From positions 124,698 through 188,697 of IMG/VR virus record IMGVR_UViG_3300023274_000001: a DNA stretch of 64,000 nt; one strand, written 5' to 3'. The notes below the pieces were generated by a model. That model was given only the letters and a program-made list of their open reading frames with translations, ran no database searches and was not told the origin of the DNA. Positions 27,540-36,944 of the stretch are shown piece after piece; positions within the stretch are counted from its first letter, which is position 1; every line of letters starts with the position of its first letter. Both the position numbers and the translations under genes were made by a program. This DNA comes from an uncultured virus (IMG/VR IMGVR_UViG_3300023274_000001) (lineage: Duplodnaviria; Heunggongvirae; Uroviricota; Caudoviricetes).

Positions 27540-28304
27540 TCAGCTCACGTCCATGTTCGGGTACCGCTTCTTCACGGCCGCGCGCACCTTGCGCTTGTCC
27601 TCGTCGGACCCGAACTGCTCGACCCGGGACAGGGCGCTGCGGGCCCGAGCCGGGGTGTCGATGGGGTACTTGCGGCCCGGCAGGGCGAAGGCGGAGTCCG
27701 GCAGCTTGTTGCGCTTGTCGGCGTTCAGTGGCGCTTCCTGGAGGTCGCTCTCCCCCATGTAGCTGTACTCGTCCTCGTCGGGGTCGCCGTACTCGTAGTC
27801 GTCGACCGGCGGTTCGGCCATCGGGTCGCCGTACTGGTCCTCGATCGCCTGCTGGAGGTCGTCGAGAGTGTCGCCGTCCACGAACTGGCTGAGCACGGCG
27901 AGCGCCATCCGCGCGTCGTCCTCGCAGGGGAAGGAGGACATGTTCTCGCGCACGAACTCGGCCGCCGCCTCCTTCTGCTCCTCCTCGTCGCCCTCGCCCT
28001 TCTTCTGGAGCCACGGCGGCAGGGCTTCGAGCAGTCCGGACTTCTCCAGGGTGGCGCGCGGCTTGATCTGCGGACTGGTCGCCTCCTGCGCCGTCTCCCA
28101 GGGGCGCTGCGACTCGTCCATGCCGCGCTTGCGGCTGGCCGTCCCGCCGGGGTAGTCGGCCTCCTGCTGGGTCCGGAAGCCGATGCCGTTCCGGGTGAAC
28201 CGCTTGTCCTTCACCGCCGTGCGCATGCCCACCGGCATGTCCGAGCTTGCCGCCTCGCGCAGGCCGGTCGTCTTCAGGCTGTGACTGTCGTATCCGTTGG
28301 CCAC
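27540..28304 (-). CDS. acidic protein with C-terminal DUF6582-like domain
   Basis: KRNKLPDSAFALPGRKYPIDT..RARSALSR. Confidence 0.7.
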   Translation of the reverse strand: MANGYDSHSLKTTGLREAASSDMPVGMRTAVKDKRFTRNGIGFRTQQEADYPGGTASRKRGMDESQRPWETAQEATSPQIKPRATLEKSGLLEALPPWLQKKGEGDEEEQKEAAAEFVRENMSSFPCEDDARMALAVLSQFVDGDTLDDLQQAIEDQYGDPMAEPPVDDYEYGDPDEDEYSYMGESDLQEAPLNADKRNKLPDSAFALPGRKYPIDTPARARSALSRVEQFGSDEDKRKVRAAVKKRYPNMDVS

Positions 28305-28361
28305 TGCTCCACCTCATTTCCGGGCATGCCCGTATCCAGAAGAGCGTATCTGCGGGAACGA

Positions 28362-28391
28362 CGAACGGCCCGCCTCCGAAGAGACGGGCCG
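28362..28391. repeat. terminator-like hairpin, copy 1
   Basis: CGAACGGCCCGCCTCC..GAGACGGGCCG, repeated at 29289. Confidence 0.7.
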
Positions 28392-28396
28392 CCCTC

Positions 28397-28627
28397 TCAG
28401 TCCTGCGGGTCGTACGCCAGAAGATCCTCGATCCCGCACTTCAGCTCCCTGCACAGGGCCGTCAGCGTAGAGAACCGAACCGCGCTCACCTTCCCGTTGC
28501 GGAGCTTCGACAGGTTCGCCTCGGTGATGCCGACCGCCTTGGACAGGTCCGCTGCACTGATGTCCCGCTCCTTCAGCAGGGCATCCAGTCGGACCGTGAT
28601 GCTGTGCTCCTCCGGAGCGGGCGTCAC
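28397..28627 (-). CDS. Cro/C1 HTH regulator (YozG/HTH_26-like)
   Basis: LS..VGITEANLSKL.NGKV.AVRFSTL.ALC..L.C...DLL.Y. Confidence 0.9.
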   Translation of the reverse strand: MTPAPEEHSITVRLDALLKERDISAADLSKAVGITEANLSKLRNGKVSAVRFSTLTALCRELKCGIEDLLAYDPQD

Positions 28628-28628
28628 C

Positions 28629-29216
28629 TCAGACCACTTCCTTCATCTGCTGGTCGAGGTCGTGAGCCCGCCGGTATTCCTTGATCCATCGCTCCTGGTT
28701 CTGGCCGGACCGCACGAACAGGTGCGAGACCACGAGGAAGGCGACCAGCACACTGACCGGGTCCCACTCGAACGAGATCTGCACCTGGAAGTACACGGCC
28801 GGAAGGATCTGGAACGCGATCGGCGTGAGCATGAAGACCGCCCCGATGAGTGCCACCGGGAGCGCCTTCGGAGGGTTCAGCTTGCCGGGGTCGGTCTCGA
28901 TCTCCCGCCACTCGTCGCGCGAGATGTAGATGAGCACGGCCATCGAGATGACCACGACCGACAGCGACGGTGCGGCGGCGACCAGCCGGTCCAGCATGCT
29001 GGGGTCGCTCAACTGGATCGACGCCGACTTGACCGAGCCCTTCACGCCTTCGTAGGTCCGCTCCGGCCCGTCGGACCGAACGCGCAGCAGCGGCTTCCTG
29101 ATGATGTCGACGCAGGACCAGGCGCTCACCGCCAGAACGGCGAGCAGGCCCAGGTTGGCACCGAACCAGAACGCCTTCTTCGCGGCGATGGCCAGCTTCT
29201 CGTCTTTCTCGTTCAC
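28629..29216 (-). CDS. DUF2975-like multi-pass membrane protein
   Basis: About 4 TM segments, ends ..DLDQQMKEVV; the family is typically upstream of YozG-like HTH genes. Confidence 0.65.
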   Translation of the reverse strand: MNEKDEKLAIAAKKAFWFGANLGLLAVLAVSAWSCVDIIRKPLLRVRSDGPERTYEGVKGSVKSASIQLSDPSMLDRLVAAAPSLSVVVISMAVLIYISRDEWREIETDPGKLNPPKALPVALIGAVFMLTPIAFQILPAVYFQVQISFEWDPVSVLVAFLVVSHLFVRSGQNQERWIKEYRRAHDLDQQMKEVV

Positions 29217-29225
29217 GATCTTCCC

Positions 29226-29282
29226 CTTACCGTCTGCGATAACCACACCTTGAGAATACTTACCGTCCACGATAAGTGTCAA
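29226..29282 (-). promoter_or_regulatory. promoter with two palindromic operators
   Basis: TTGACA-18-TATTCT (minus); TTACCGTCnnCGATAA at about 29227 and 29260. Confidence 0.7.
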
Positions 29283-29288
29283 GTACGG

Positions 29289-29327
29289 CGAACGGCCCGC
29301 CTCCAGGGTCTGGGGAGACGGGCCGTT
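29289..29327. repeat. terminator-like hairpin, copy 2
   Basis: Same arms as 28362. Confidence 0.7.
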
Positions 29328-29346
29328 CTGTCCTGCGCGGTGTAGG

Positions 29347-30087
29347 TCAGGCGTTCTGTGCGGCGTCACCGGCCGCGACGGCGGCGAGGATGAACTTCTC
29401 GACGTTGCCGTGCTCGACGTTCACGCGGGCCTTGCGCTTGCGCAGTTCCCACGAGGTGGTCGGGCGTCCCTGGGGGTCGATGACCCGGTCCAGGACGCAG
29501 ACGATGACGCAGTTCTCCTTGCCGACCAGCGACGGCCGGATGCAGAACTGCTTCGGCGCCACCTCGGCACCGCCGGGCAGGTTCTGACGGCTGTCACCGT
29601 CGTAGACGGTGAACAGGACGTTGCTGGCGCCCTGGAAGCCGACATCCTTCATGGCCTTGTTCTTCTTCTTGAAGGCCGCGACCTGAACCACGATCCGGTG
29701 GAACTCGGCGGGGATCCGGTCGAGGTGCAGGACCACGGCCTCGTCGTCGCCGTGTTCGGCCTCGGAGCCGGTGATGGCGTCGCCCGTGTGCTCGACCGAG
29801 CCGTCACCGGGCTGGCCGTGCAGGGGGTTCTTGTAGTTGTCGTCCCAGCCGACGCAGAGGGTCACCGGGTCGTTGTCCTGGAAGAGGACGGCGGCGGCGT
29901 CGAGGTCGGCGCCCAGCTTCTTCGAGCCCATGCCGAAGATCCCGCCACGGCCCTTGGTGCTGGCGTCCCAGGCGGCGCCGACGGAGATGGTGCCGGTGAC
30001 GGTGGCCACCTGGTCCATGCCCAGTACGGGCAGGCCCGCCGGGGCGAGCTGCGCGTCCGACAGGGTCTCCTTGTGCATGTCCGCCAT
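29347..30087 (-). CDS. terD: TerD-family stress protein
   Basis: VGAAWD...ADLDA.A...SV.HTGD..TG....DDE.V..HL..IP. Confidence 0.85.
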   Translation of the reverse strand: MADMHKETLSDAQLAPAGLPVLGMDQVATVTGTISVGAAWDASTKGRGGIFGMGSKKLGADLDAAAVLFQDNDPVTLCVGWDDNYKNPLHGQPGDGSVEHTGDAITGSEAEHGDDEAVVLHLDRIPAEFHRIVVQVAAFKKKNKAMKDVGFQGASNVLFTVYDGDSRQNLPGGAEVAPKQFCIRPSLVGKENCVIVCVLDRVIDPQGRPTTSWELRKRKARVNVEHGNVEKFILAAVAAGDAAQNA

Positions 30088-30248
30088 TACTTGGTCCTCC
30101 CGACCCGGAACCCGCTGAGGGTGCCGTCGTTGTCCGGCCCCTTGCCCCGGTCGCCCGCCGGGATTCCGCTGCTGCCGTTGCCGCTGCCGGATCCGCCGGA
30201 TCCGGAACCGCCGGAGCTGCCACTTCCGTTCTGGAATTCGAGCGTCAC
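30087..30248 (-). CDS. 53-aa Gly/Ser-rich peptide coupled to terD
   Basis: ggaaaggg RBS, GTG start, TAATG overlap; GSGSSGGSGSGGSGSGNG. Confidence 0.55.
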   Translation of the reverse strand: MTLEFQNGSGSSGGSGSGGSGSGNGSSGIPAGDRGKGPDNDGTLSGFRVGRTK

Positions 30249-30289
30249 GCTCTTCCCTTTCCTCGGCTTATTCTGCCGTTTTTCCGTTG

Positions 30290-30330
30290 CTGCCTAGGCC
30301 AGTCTATCCACATCAACATGTTTGCCGCAA
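30290..30330 (-). promoter_or_regulatory. promoter and operator
   Basis: TTGCGG-18-TAGACT followed by GGCCTAGGCA on minus strand. Confidence 0.6.
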
Positions 30331-30475
30331 GCCTGTCTTGGCGATCTGCATCACAGGGTGTTCTCATATTTCCAGGCATCCGGTGAACGATGAACCGAGA
30401 GTGACACGTGCAGGTCAACGGCGATATGATGCCTATCATGATCCCCGTGCTCCGGGGACAAGGAAGGGAGAGAAC

Positions 30476-31234
30476 GTGAACGAGAAGCAGATCTGGACGG
30501 GCATCGCCCCGTCGCCGACAGTTCTCGGTCAGCTCGACTACGAAGAGATGGCGGTCCTGGCCCTGCTCTCCTGGTCGACCGCCACGAACAGGCCGGTGAC
30601 GTCGCTCGACGTGGCCGAGATCGTGGACCGCGACGGCAAGAAGCTCGGTCCGTCCGAGGCCAGGAAGATCGTGCAGGATCTCGGCGACATGAAGATCGTG
30701 TCGGTGTACGGCATGAGCAATGAGCGCCCCATGTCGGTGCGGCTCGGCGGGTTCGTGCCCCGGGTGCCCCGCAAGTTCGAGGACCGGCGCCCGGGACCTC
30801 AGCGCTTCACTCCGGCGCCCCGCAGTGCGCCCGCCGCCACCCGGCGCCCGGAGGGCCGCAGCAAGCCGCCACAGGGCAAGCGGGGCGGCACTCCGCCGTG
30901 GGTGCTGAAGGAGCGCCGCGTGGAGACCGGCCTGGCCGTCAGTCCGCGCACCCCCGAGTACGTCCTGCCGGAGGCGACGCGGCTGCGCGAGGAGCAGATC
31001 CGCATCGAGAGCGGCGAGTTCTCCGGCACGCTCGTCGAGCAGGCCGAGGCCCGTCTCGCCGTACTGGAGGGGCGGATCCGCCTGTACGAGAAGTGGCTGC
31101 GCGACGAGCCCCGCCACCCGGCCCTCCCGGGCGCCCTGGAGAAGAAGCGCAAGGCGGTTCCGGAGATGAAGTTCCAGATCGAGCGGGCCGCCGTGAAGCA
31201 GGCCGAGATGGCGGCGGAGGCGAGCGGTGACTGA
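30476..31234 (+). CDS. hypothetical protein, N-terminal winged-HTH-like
   Basis: GTG after gaagggagag. Confidence 0.65.
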   Translation: MNEKQIWTGIAPSPTVLGQLDYEEMAVLALLSWSTATNRPVTSLDVAEIVDRDGKKLGPSEARKIVQDLGDMKIVSVYGMSNERPMSVRLGGFVPRVPRKFEDRRPGPQRFTPAPRSAPAATRRPEGRSKPPQGKRGGTPPWVLKERRVETGLAVSPRTPEYVLPEATRLREEQIRIESGEFSGTLVEQAEARLAVLEGRIRLYEKWLRDEPRHPALPGALEKKRKAVPEMKFQIERAAVKQAEMAAEASGD

Positions 31235-31676
31235 CTACGAGGAGCGGGCCCGGCGCGAGCGGGAGGCGAGCCGGGCCCGGCGGCGGCACTTCCAGGAGAT
31301 GGACCAGAGGATGCGCCTCGACGGCGAGCGCGCCACCCGTCTGCTGCTGGACGAGTTCTTCCCGGCCGGGGCACCCGAGGGCCTGCTGGAACGTCTCTGC
31401 CTCGGCCGGAACCGCCTGGTCAAGGAGATCGTTTCGCTGGAGAAGGTCGTCAGGGAGATGCACGACGGCATCAACCGGATCAAGAACGAGGCCGATCAGC
31501 GCTGGGTGGACGGGTTCAACGAGTGCGCGCAGCAGGTGCGTACGCACGCCGCCGAGCTGGGCCTGGGCGAACCCGTCGTCGACAGCCTGCTGCGGGGACA
31601 GGTCAGCATGCAGGAGGCCGAGCAGGCAGAGAAGAACCGGGCCGCTTCTCAGCAGGTGGAGTGGTCACGGACCTGA
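31227..31676 (+). CDS. coiled-coil hypothetical protein
   Basis: ORF track. Confidence 0.65.
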   Translation: MTDYEERARREREASRARRRHFQEMDQRMRLDGERATRLLLDEFFPAGAPEGLLERLCLGRNRLVKEIVSLEKVVREMHDGINRIKNEADQRWVDGFNECAQQVRTHAAELGLGEPVVDSLLRGQVSMQEAEQAEKNRAASQQVEWSRT

Positions 31677-31834
31677 CACCCTTGCCGGGTGGCGAAGTTC
31701 CGGCCCCCGTCCTGGGCCGAGCCCGAGCCGGGCGAGGACACGATCGAGATCGAGTACACCGACGGATCAACGACGAAGGAGCTGCACCTTCCGCTTTCGT
31801 GGCGGATCAGGTGCAGCTCCTTCCGGCGTCTGCG

Positions 31835-32101
31835 TCAGGCCGTGGTCTCGGCCGCGTCCTCCTGCTTCTTGCCGACGAAGAAGTAACCGTTCTTGCGCGG
31901 CGTTCCCTTGCCGGTGTTCCGGTCCTTGTGCAGGTACCTCGTGCCGACGGTGCGGTGGTTCTTCCCGCTCGGGTGGCTGACGATGTTCGCCTTCAGGTAG
32001 CCCGGCACGTACGAGGTCACGAGGATCTGGCGCCCGTCGTCGCGCGGGTCGGCCGACTCGTAGATGTTGCCCTTCTCGATCTTGTAGTTCTCGTCGCTCA
32101 C
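31835..32101 (-). CDS. hypothetical protein
   Basis: GTGA overlap; Y.SADPRD.GR.I.V motif. Confidence 0.65.
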   Translation of the reverse strand: MSDENYKIEKGNIYESADPRDDGRQILVTSYVPGYLKANIVSHPSGKNHRTVGTRYLHKDRNTGKGTPRKNGYFFVGKKQEDAAETTA

Positions 32102-32886
32102 GCGTTCTCCCCTTCCGAAGGGATGGCGGAGACCGCTCTGATCTCCAGCCGCTGGCCACAGAGAGCCAGGATCTTCTCCGCCCACCCGATGGTGAGCGTC
32201 GCCTGCCCCGTGAGCATCTGGCTCACGTGCTTGGCGCTGATGCCGAGATGGCGGGCCACGTCGGCATCGTTCAGACCGGCCGTCTCCACGGCCGTCTTCA
32301 CCTGTGCCCGCATGCTGTCCCGGGCGTCCGGTTGGCCGCGCCCGGCGAGCACGTCCGACAGCTCCGCCCGGCGCTCTTCCCACCACCACGACTGTGGCGG
32401 CCCGAAGGGTGCCGCAAGGGTGTTCCAGTACTCCAGCAGGGCGTAGATCCGCTCGATGAACTCCTCGGCCTGCCGGGCGTTCTCGAAGCGCTGCATGTAC
32501 CGGACATGGGGAAGGATCTCCACACCCGCCAGGGCGCCGATCTCCTTCAGGCTCTCGTAGGGCACGTACGTGCCCTTCTCGCTGACCCGCCAGTCACGGA
32601 TCGCCCGAGCATACCGTTCGGCCACCGACTCGGCCGCCTGGGCTCGCCGGTTCAGCTTCTGGATGGTCTGCCGGGCCTCGGCGAGTTCGGCCGCCGACCG
32701 CGCCGGGTCCCCGGTGTGCAGCAGGGCGCCGATCTTCTCGTACAGCTCACTGCGCACCGAGCTGTCCTTGGTCGCCTCGTGCACCAGATGGTTGACCTGG
32801 CTCATCAGGGCGGCCAGCGCCGGGTCGCAGCGGTGGCACCAGCCGTGGTCTGCGCAGTGCCGGGTGGTCCGGCAGGGGTCAGTCAT
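32098..32886 (-). CDS. protein with C-terminal XRE HTH
   Basis: GLNDADVARHLGISAKHVSQMLTG...LT...AEKI. Confidence 0.75.
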   Translation of the reverse strand: MTDPCRTTRHCADHGWCHRCDPALAALMSQVNHLVHEATKDSSVRSELYEKIGALLHTGDPARSAAELAEARQTIQKLNRRAQAAESVAERYARAIRDWRVSEKGTYVPYESLKEIGALAGVEILPHVRYMQRFENARQAEEFIERIYALLEYWNTLAAPFGPPQSWWWEERRAELSDVLAGRGQPDARDSMRAQVKTAVETAGLNDADVARHLGISAKHVSQMLTGQATLTIGWAEKILALCGQRLEIRAVSAIPSEGENA

Positions 32887-33178
32887 CTTCCTCTCCGACC
32901 ATCTCGTAGAGGTGCCAGACCAGACCGGCCGGGTCGCGGTCGGTGGTGCCGCGCCACTGCGCCTTCTCCGGCAGCGGGTGACCGGTGCCGAACACCTGGA
33001 AGGTCCGCTGGAGCAGCGTGCCGTCCGGCGCCGGGGTGATGTCCTCGGCCCAGAATTCCACGACCGGCGTCTTGCCGGGCACCCACGGCTGAGTGGCCAC
33101 CTTCTTCACGATCCCGTGCACTATGTGCCGGTGTTCCTGGTCGTCGACCGGAACCTCGTACCTGAACATCCGCCTCAT
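32879..33178 (-). CDS. hypothetical phage protein
   Basis: R.F.VFGTGH.LP...W.GT....LVWHLYE. Confidence 0.7.
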   Translation of the reverse strand: MRRMFRYEVPVDDQEHRHIVHGIVKKVATQPWVPGKTPVVEFWAEDITPAPDGTLLQRTFQVFGTGHPLPEKAQWRGTTDRDPAGLVWHLYEMVGEEDD

Positions 33179-33380
33179 CGCTTCTTCCTCTCCGCTCTCG
33201 TGCAGGCCCGGTCCAGAAGAGTGCCGGGTATCAGGTGAATCCGATGCCCCAGGGGGTGCCGGATCTCGTACTCACCCTTGCGTCCCCAGTCGGCCGGTTC
33301 ATGGAGCCAGTGAAGGATCTCGTGCCAGCGGCCGAAGTTGTGATGATCGTCCATGCGTTCACGCCAGCGCCGCAGCCTCG

Positions 33381-33806
33381 TCACAGGATCCCCTCGTTCT
33401 CGCCGGTCGGAACGACGTTGTCGGTGCCCCACTTCCGCCGGGCGGGCGGCGTCTTGGTCCGCACCTCCTGCGCCTTGGCCGCCAGAGCCAGAGCGTGCTC
33501 GATGGCCAGCAGGGCGGCGCCGGTCGTGCAGTCGACCGCCTTGTCCAGGTGCTCGTCCGGGATCCGGCCGACGAGTGACTGCCGCATCAGATCGTCGATG
33601 AAGCTGGAGCCGCCGGGCAGATGCGCGAGCAGCGCCGAGGCCAGTTCGGCGGCCTTCTGCATGGGCACCCAGACCGAACCGGCCTCGGCATGATCACTGT
33701 CGTGCCACGGCATCAGCAGATCCTGGCCGACCTTCTCGACCCGTCCCGACCACGGGTAGGAGAACTCCTGCACCCGTCGGCTCGCGGTCTCGTCGTCCGG
33801 CTTCAT
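33381..33806 (-). CDS. hypothetical protein
   Basis: ATGA overlap. Confidence 0.65.
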   Translation of the reverse strand: MKPDDETASRRVQEFSYPWSGRVEKVGQDLLMPWHDSDHAEAGSVWVPMQKAAELASALLAHLPGGSSFIDDLMRQSLVGRIPDEHLDKAVDCTTGAALLAIEHALALAAKAQEVRTKTPPARRKWGTDNVVPTGENEGIL

Positions 33807-34624
33807 CTGGTGATCCCCATCTCCTTGCGCAGCCGGTCGGCCGTCTCCTGCGTCGTCCGGGCCGCCCGGTCCAGCTCCCTGACGGCAGACTCTGCCCGAT
33901 CCTTCGCCCTGTCCAGGCTGAGGCGCCCCTGAACCAGGGCCTGAAGGGCTTCAGTGGCCCCCTCCGGCTCCAGCTTGTCCTCCCAGGAGTATTCGGCCAG
34001 GCCGACGCCCAGAGCGGCCTCCAGCCGGTCCAGAAGCTCCAGGCGGCGCTTGTCCTTCTCGTTGAAGGTGCCCCGCTGGCGCTGCGCCTGCCGTTCCTGC
34101 TCGTAGAACTTCTGCCGAAGCTCCCGCTCCTGGCGCTGGAGCGCATTCGTCCTGGTCGTCTCGGTGTTCTTCAGCAGGGTGATGAGCAGGCCCGGTGTGA
34201 TCTGCGCGTCCCGCTCCTCCGGCTTGACCAGCACCTTGAACTTGCGCCCGCGCGTACCGGGCATCATCAGGCCCCAGCCCTTGGGCAGCTCGCCGTCCTG
34301 CACGATCCCCTCATGCGGCACGACCAGCCAGAAGATGTTGCAGTACGGCCACCAGGCTTCGGCCTTCTTCGGATCCTTCAGCTCCCGAAGCCAGTCGGCG
34401 CGGCTCACCTTCAGCTCGCAGACCTCGACGATTCCCGCGCCACGCGAGGCCCACAGGCCGATGTGCACGGCGTCGGCCCGGCGTCCGGAGTGCCCCGGCG
34501 CGGTGACCTCGGTCAGATACACGGCCCCCGCCCCGGCGATGTCGAGCTGGTCCTTGTCGCTGATGAAGTGCTGGCGGAGCTTGTCGTCCAGCTCCGCCGT
34601 GGTCATGCCGTTCGGCGTGGCCAT
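33803..34624 (-). CDS. MmcB-like PD-(D/E)xK nuclease
   Basis: EV.....RRADA......ELKVSRADWLREL..P.K...W..YC..FWLVVP. Confidence 0.8.
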   Translation of the reverse strand: MATPNGMTTAELDDKLRQHFISDKDQLDIAGAGAVYLTEVTAPGHSGRRADAVHIGLWASRGAGIVEVCELKVSRADWLRELKDPKKAEAWWPYCNIFWLVVPHEGIVQDGELPKGWGLMMPGTRGRKFKVLVKPEERDAQITPGLLITLLKNTETTRTNALQRQERELRQKFYEQERQAQRQRGTFNEKDKRRLELLDRLEAALGVGLAEYSWEDKLEPEGATEALQALVQGRLSLDRAKDRAESAVRELDRAARTTQETADRLRKEMGITR

Positions 34625-35334
34625 CACGCTTCCCCTTCCCTGACGAGGCCCTTCGGTCGGGCCTTCGGATCCCTCAGATCCTCTTCGTTCCATGCGGCCG
34701 GAGGAGCCCAGCCAGACTTCTTTGCCCACGCCTTCGCCCGGTTGGAATCCGGCTCGGCAATCCCGTAATTCAGAGGATCGGCGTCCCACATTCTGCGGTA
34801 AGCGTGGAAGATCGCGCTCTCCATCGAAACCCGGATGGTGGTCCGGCGTCCCTGCCTGATGGCCCCGATCGTCTCGGTCGTCGTGCCGTCCACCTCGCGA
34901 GCCAGCACGGGGAGGGAGAAGCCACGGGCGCTGAGCGCTTGAAGGATCCGCCGGGCTGCCGTCGCGTCGGTCATGCCGTCCAGCTCGGGCCGGTAGGTTT
35001 TCGGCGGAATCTCGATCGCCAGAATGGCGCGCTCGGTGTCCCGGTGAATGCGCTCGATCCGGTCGGCCACCAGGTGTCCCACCGTGCCACGAGCCAGCCC
35101 CGACTTCCTGGCGATGTCCGCGAGCGACATGCCCGCCTCCCGCAAGAGGCGACAATGAGCCCCAGCCGGGGCGGCGCTGACGTTCGCGCGCTGGCCCCGG
35201 TGAATGTTGACCTTGCTCCGCTTCTGCTGGCGGAAGAGCGCCAGTCGGCACTCCTCCCGGTCGCACCCGTACCTTCCGCAGGAAGCAGACCCGTGCTCAA
35301 CCCTCGACCTGACCGGCCGTTCCACGTCCTTCAC
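34624..35334 (-). CDS. Zn-binding double-HTH DNA-binding protein
   Basis: HG...C.RYGC...CR; GMSLADIARKSG; RR.LQAL.A.GF; GWAPPAAW. Confidence 0.7.
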   Translation of the reverse strand: MKDVERPVRSRVEHGSASCGRYGCDREECRLALFRQQKRSKVNIHRGQRANVSAAPAGAHCRLLREAGMSLADIARKSGLARGTVGHLVADRIERIHRDTERAILAIEIPPKTYRPELDGMTDATAARRILQALSARGFSLPVLAREVDGTTTETIGAIRQGRRTTIRVSMESAIFHAYRRMWDADPLNYGIAEPDSNRAKAWAKKSGWAPPAAWNEEDLRDPKARPKGLVREGEA

Positions 35335-35344
35335 CCTTCCCGTT

Positions 35345-35908
35345 TCAGCCGTAGTGCGACTGCCGCATCTCCTCGTAGTACGCGTCGATCTGCTCCTGCT
35401 GCTCCCGGTCAAAATCAGCCTCGGTGCAGCCCTCCTCCTCGCAGGGCCACGGCAGGATCTTCCGGCCGTCCGGGTAGCACGCCTTGCACCAGCGGTGATC
35501 GGCGCAGATGTGGCCCGGCACGTCCGGCATGTCGCAGGGCGGCGGCGGGAGCTGGCAGGTGTGCTCGACGGGCTCGGCCTCGATCAGCTTGATCCCGTGA
35601 GGGCAGTACACGCCCCACTCGGGACGCCGGGCGGCCGACAGGGTGCACTCGTAGCTGCCGCCGCTTGCCGTCTCGATCCGCACCGTCTCCTCGTCCCGGT
35701 GAACGACCGTGCCGGTACGCTCACGTCCCCCGCCGGGCACCGTGACCATCCCGCGCAGACGGGGCCACCGGCACTGAGGCTGCGGGCACTTCTCGACGTC
35801 ACCCTCGTGCATGACGATCGCGCCGTTCTCATCCGCGTCGTGGAACTGCCGGATACCGAGCCCCTTCAGGCCCGTGACGAACGGGCTCTCCCCGAAGACC
35901 GCGTCCAT
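35345..35908 (-). CDS. Cys-rich hypothetical protein
   Basis: TGATG overlap; several C/H clusters. Confidence 0.65.
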   Translation of the reverse strand: MDAVFGESPFVTGLKGLGIRQFHDADENGAIVMHEGDVEKCPQPQCRWPRLRGMVTVPGGGRERTGTVVHRDEETVRIETASGGSYECTLSAARRPEWGVYCPHGIKLIEAEPVEHTCQLPPPPCDMPDVPGHICADHRWCKACYPDGRKILPWPCEEEGCTEADFDREQQEQIDAYYEEMRQSHYG

Positions 35909-36321
35909 CAGGCAAGTCCCTTCCGGCGCCGGATGTCGTAGATCCAGGCCGCCACGACGGCGGCCGTCTGGATCAGCTCGGTCTCCAGCTTGTCGAGGTC
36001 CCCGGCGGCGGCCTCGGTCAGCGCCTCGTAGACCTCCTCCAGCAGGATGAAGTCCCAGGCGGTGTGCTGATGATCGCCTTCCGGTTGGCACCTGCTGCAC
36101 CGACCGACCGTGCGGGTAAGCGCCTCGCGCTCGTCGTTGACCCCCTTCATGATCTGGGCCTTGTACTCGTAGTGGTGGTGCGTCACGAAGGCGATGTCGC
36201 GGGGGTCGATGTCGGGGTGAACCTGGTCGCCCCACTTCTTGAGCTGGCGGGCGCGCTCGTCGTCCACCTTCTCTGCGAAGTCCTTCATGCCGGGCACCGC
36301 CAGCAGGATCGGATAGCTCAT
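35908..36321 (-). CDS. MazG-like nucleotide pyrophosphohydrolase
   Basis: ER.RQ..KWG.Q; IL.EEV.EA...L..ELIQ.AAV..AWI. Confidence 0.75.
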   Translation of the reverse strand: MSYPILLAVPGMKDFAEKVDDERARQLKKWGDQVHPDIDPRDIAFVTHHHYEYKAQIMKGVNDEREALTRTVGRCSRCQPEGDHQHTAWDFILLEEVYEALTEAAAGDLDKLETELIQTAAVVAAWIYDIRRRKGLA

Positions 36322-36788
36322 TCCGGTTCCTCCTCCTTCACGGAGCCACCGGGCAGCAGCTCGTTGAGTACGTCGACCGGGCCGGGCTTGCCCTTGCCCC
36401 AGTCGGCCATGCCCTTCATCGACATGGCCAGGAAGTCGGCGTCGTTCGCCGACATGCGCACCTCGACCCGGCGGCCGACCGCGTCCTTCGTGCCGTCCGT
36501 GATGCGCACCTCGAAGCACAGGGCCGTATCCGGCTCGCGCTCCCGGTACCAGGCGATCTCCTGCGGCCACACCGCGCTGACCGGCTGGGCCAGCCAGGCG
36601 GCCGGGCGCCTCTCGCGCCGCATCGACTGCATCCGCAGCTTCGCGTACGCGAGGTGCAGAATGTGGTCGATCTCCTGGGCCGGATTCGTGTGACTCCAGT
36701 CGGATCCGGCCCACTCGTCGAGCACCTTGCGCACCTCGGCCAGCGCGTCCAGCGCCACATCGGCGCGCGTCGGCTCACCCTTCTTCAT
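36318..36788 (-). CDS. hypothetical protein
   Basis: ORF track. Confidence 0.65.
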   Translation of the reverse strand: MKKGEPTRADVALDALAEVRKVLDEWAGSDWSHTNPAQEIDHILHLAYAKLRMQSMRRERRPAAWLAQPVSAVWPQEIAWYREREPDTALCFEVRITDGTKDAVGRRVEVRMSANDADFLAMSMKGMADWGKGKPGPVDVLNELLPGGSVKEEEPE

Positions 36789-36944
36789 CGCCGGGCTCCT
36801 TCGACAGGCTCGTGGTCACCGGACCCTGCTCCGGCTTCATGCTGAGCTGGGACAGCTTCTTGTACAGCTCGGCCGAACCGACGAGCAAACCCGACAGGAT
36901 CGCCGAACCCGCCACGCCGACGCCGAAAATCTGGCCCGCGTCCA

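Noticed and set aside
27438-29345. 635-aa + strand ORF
   Set aside because: Antisense shadow of three recognisable minus-strand genes, a typical high-GC artefact.
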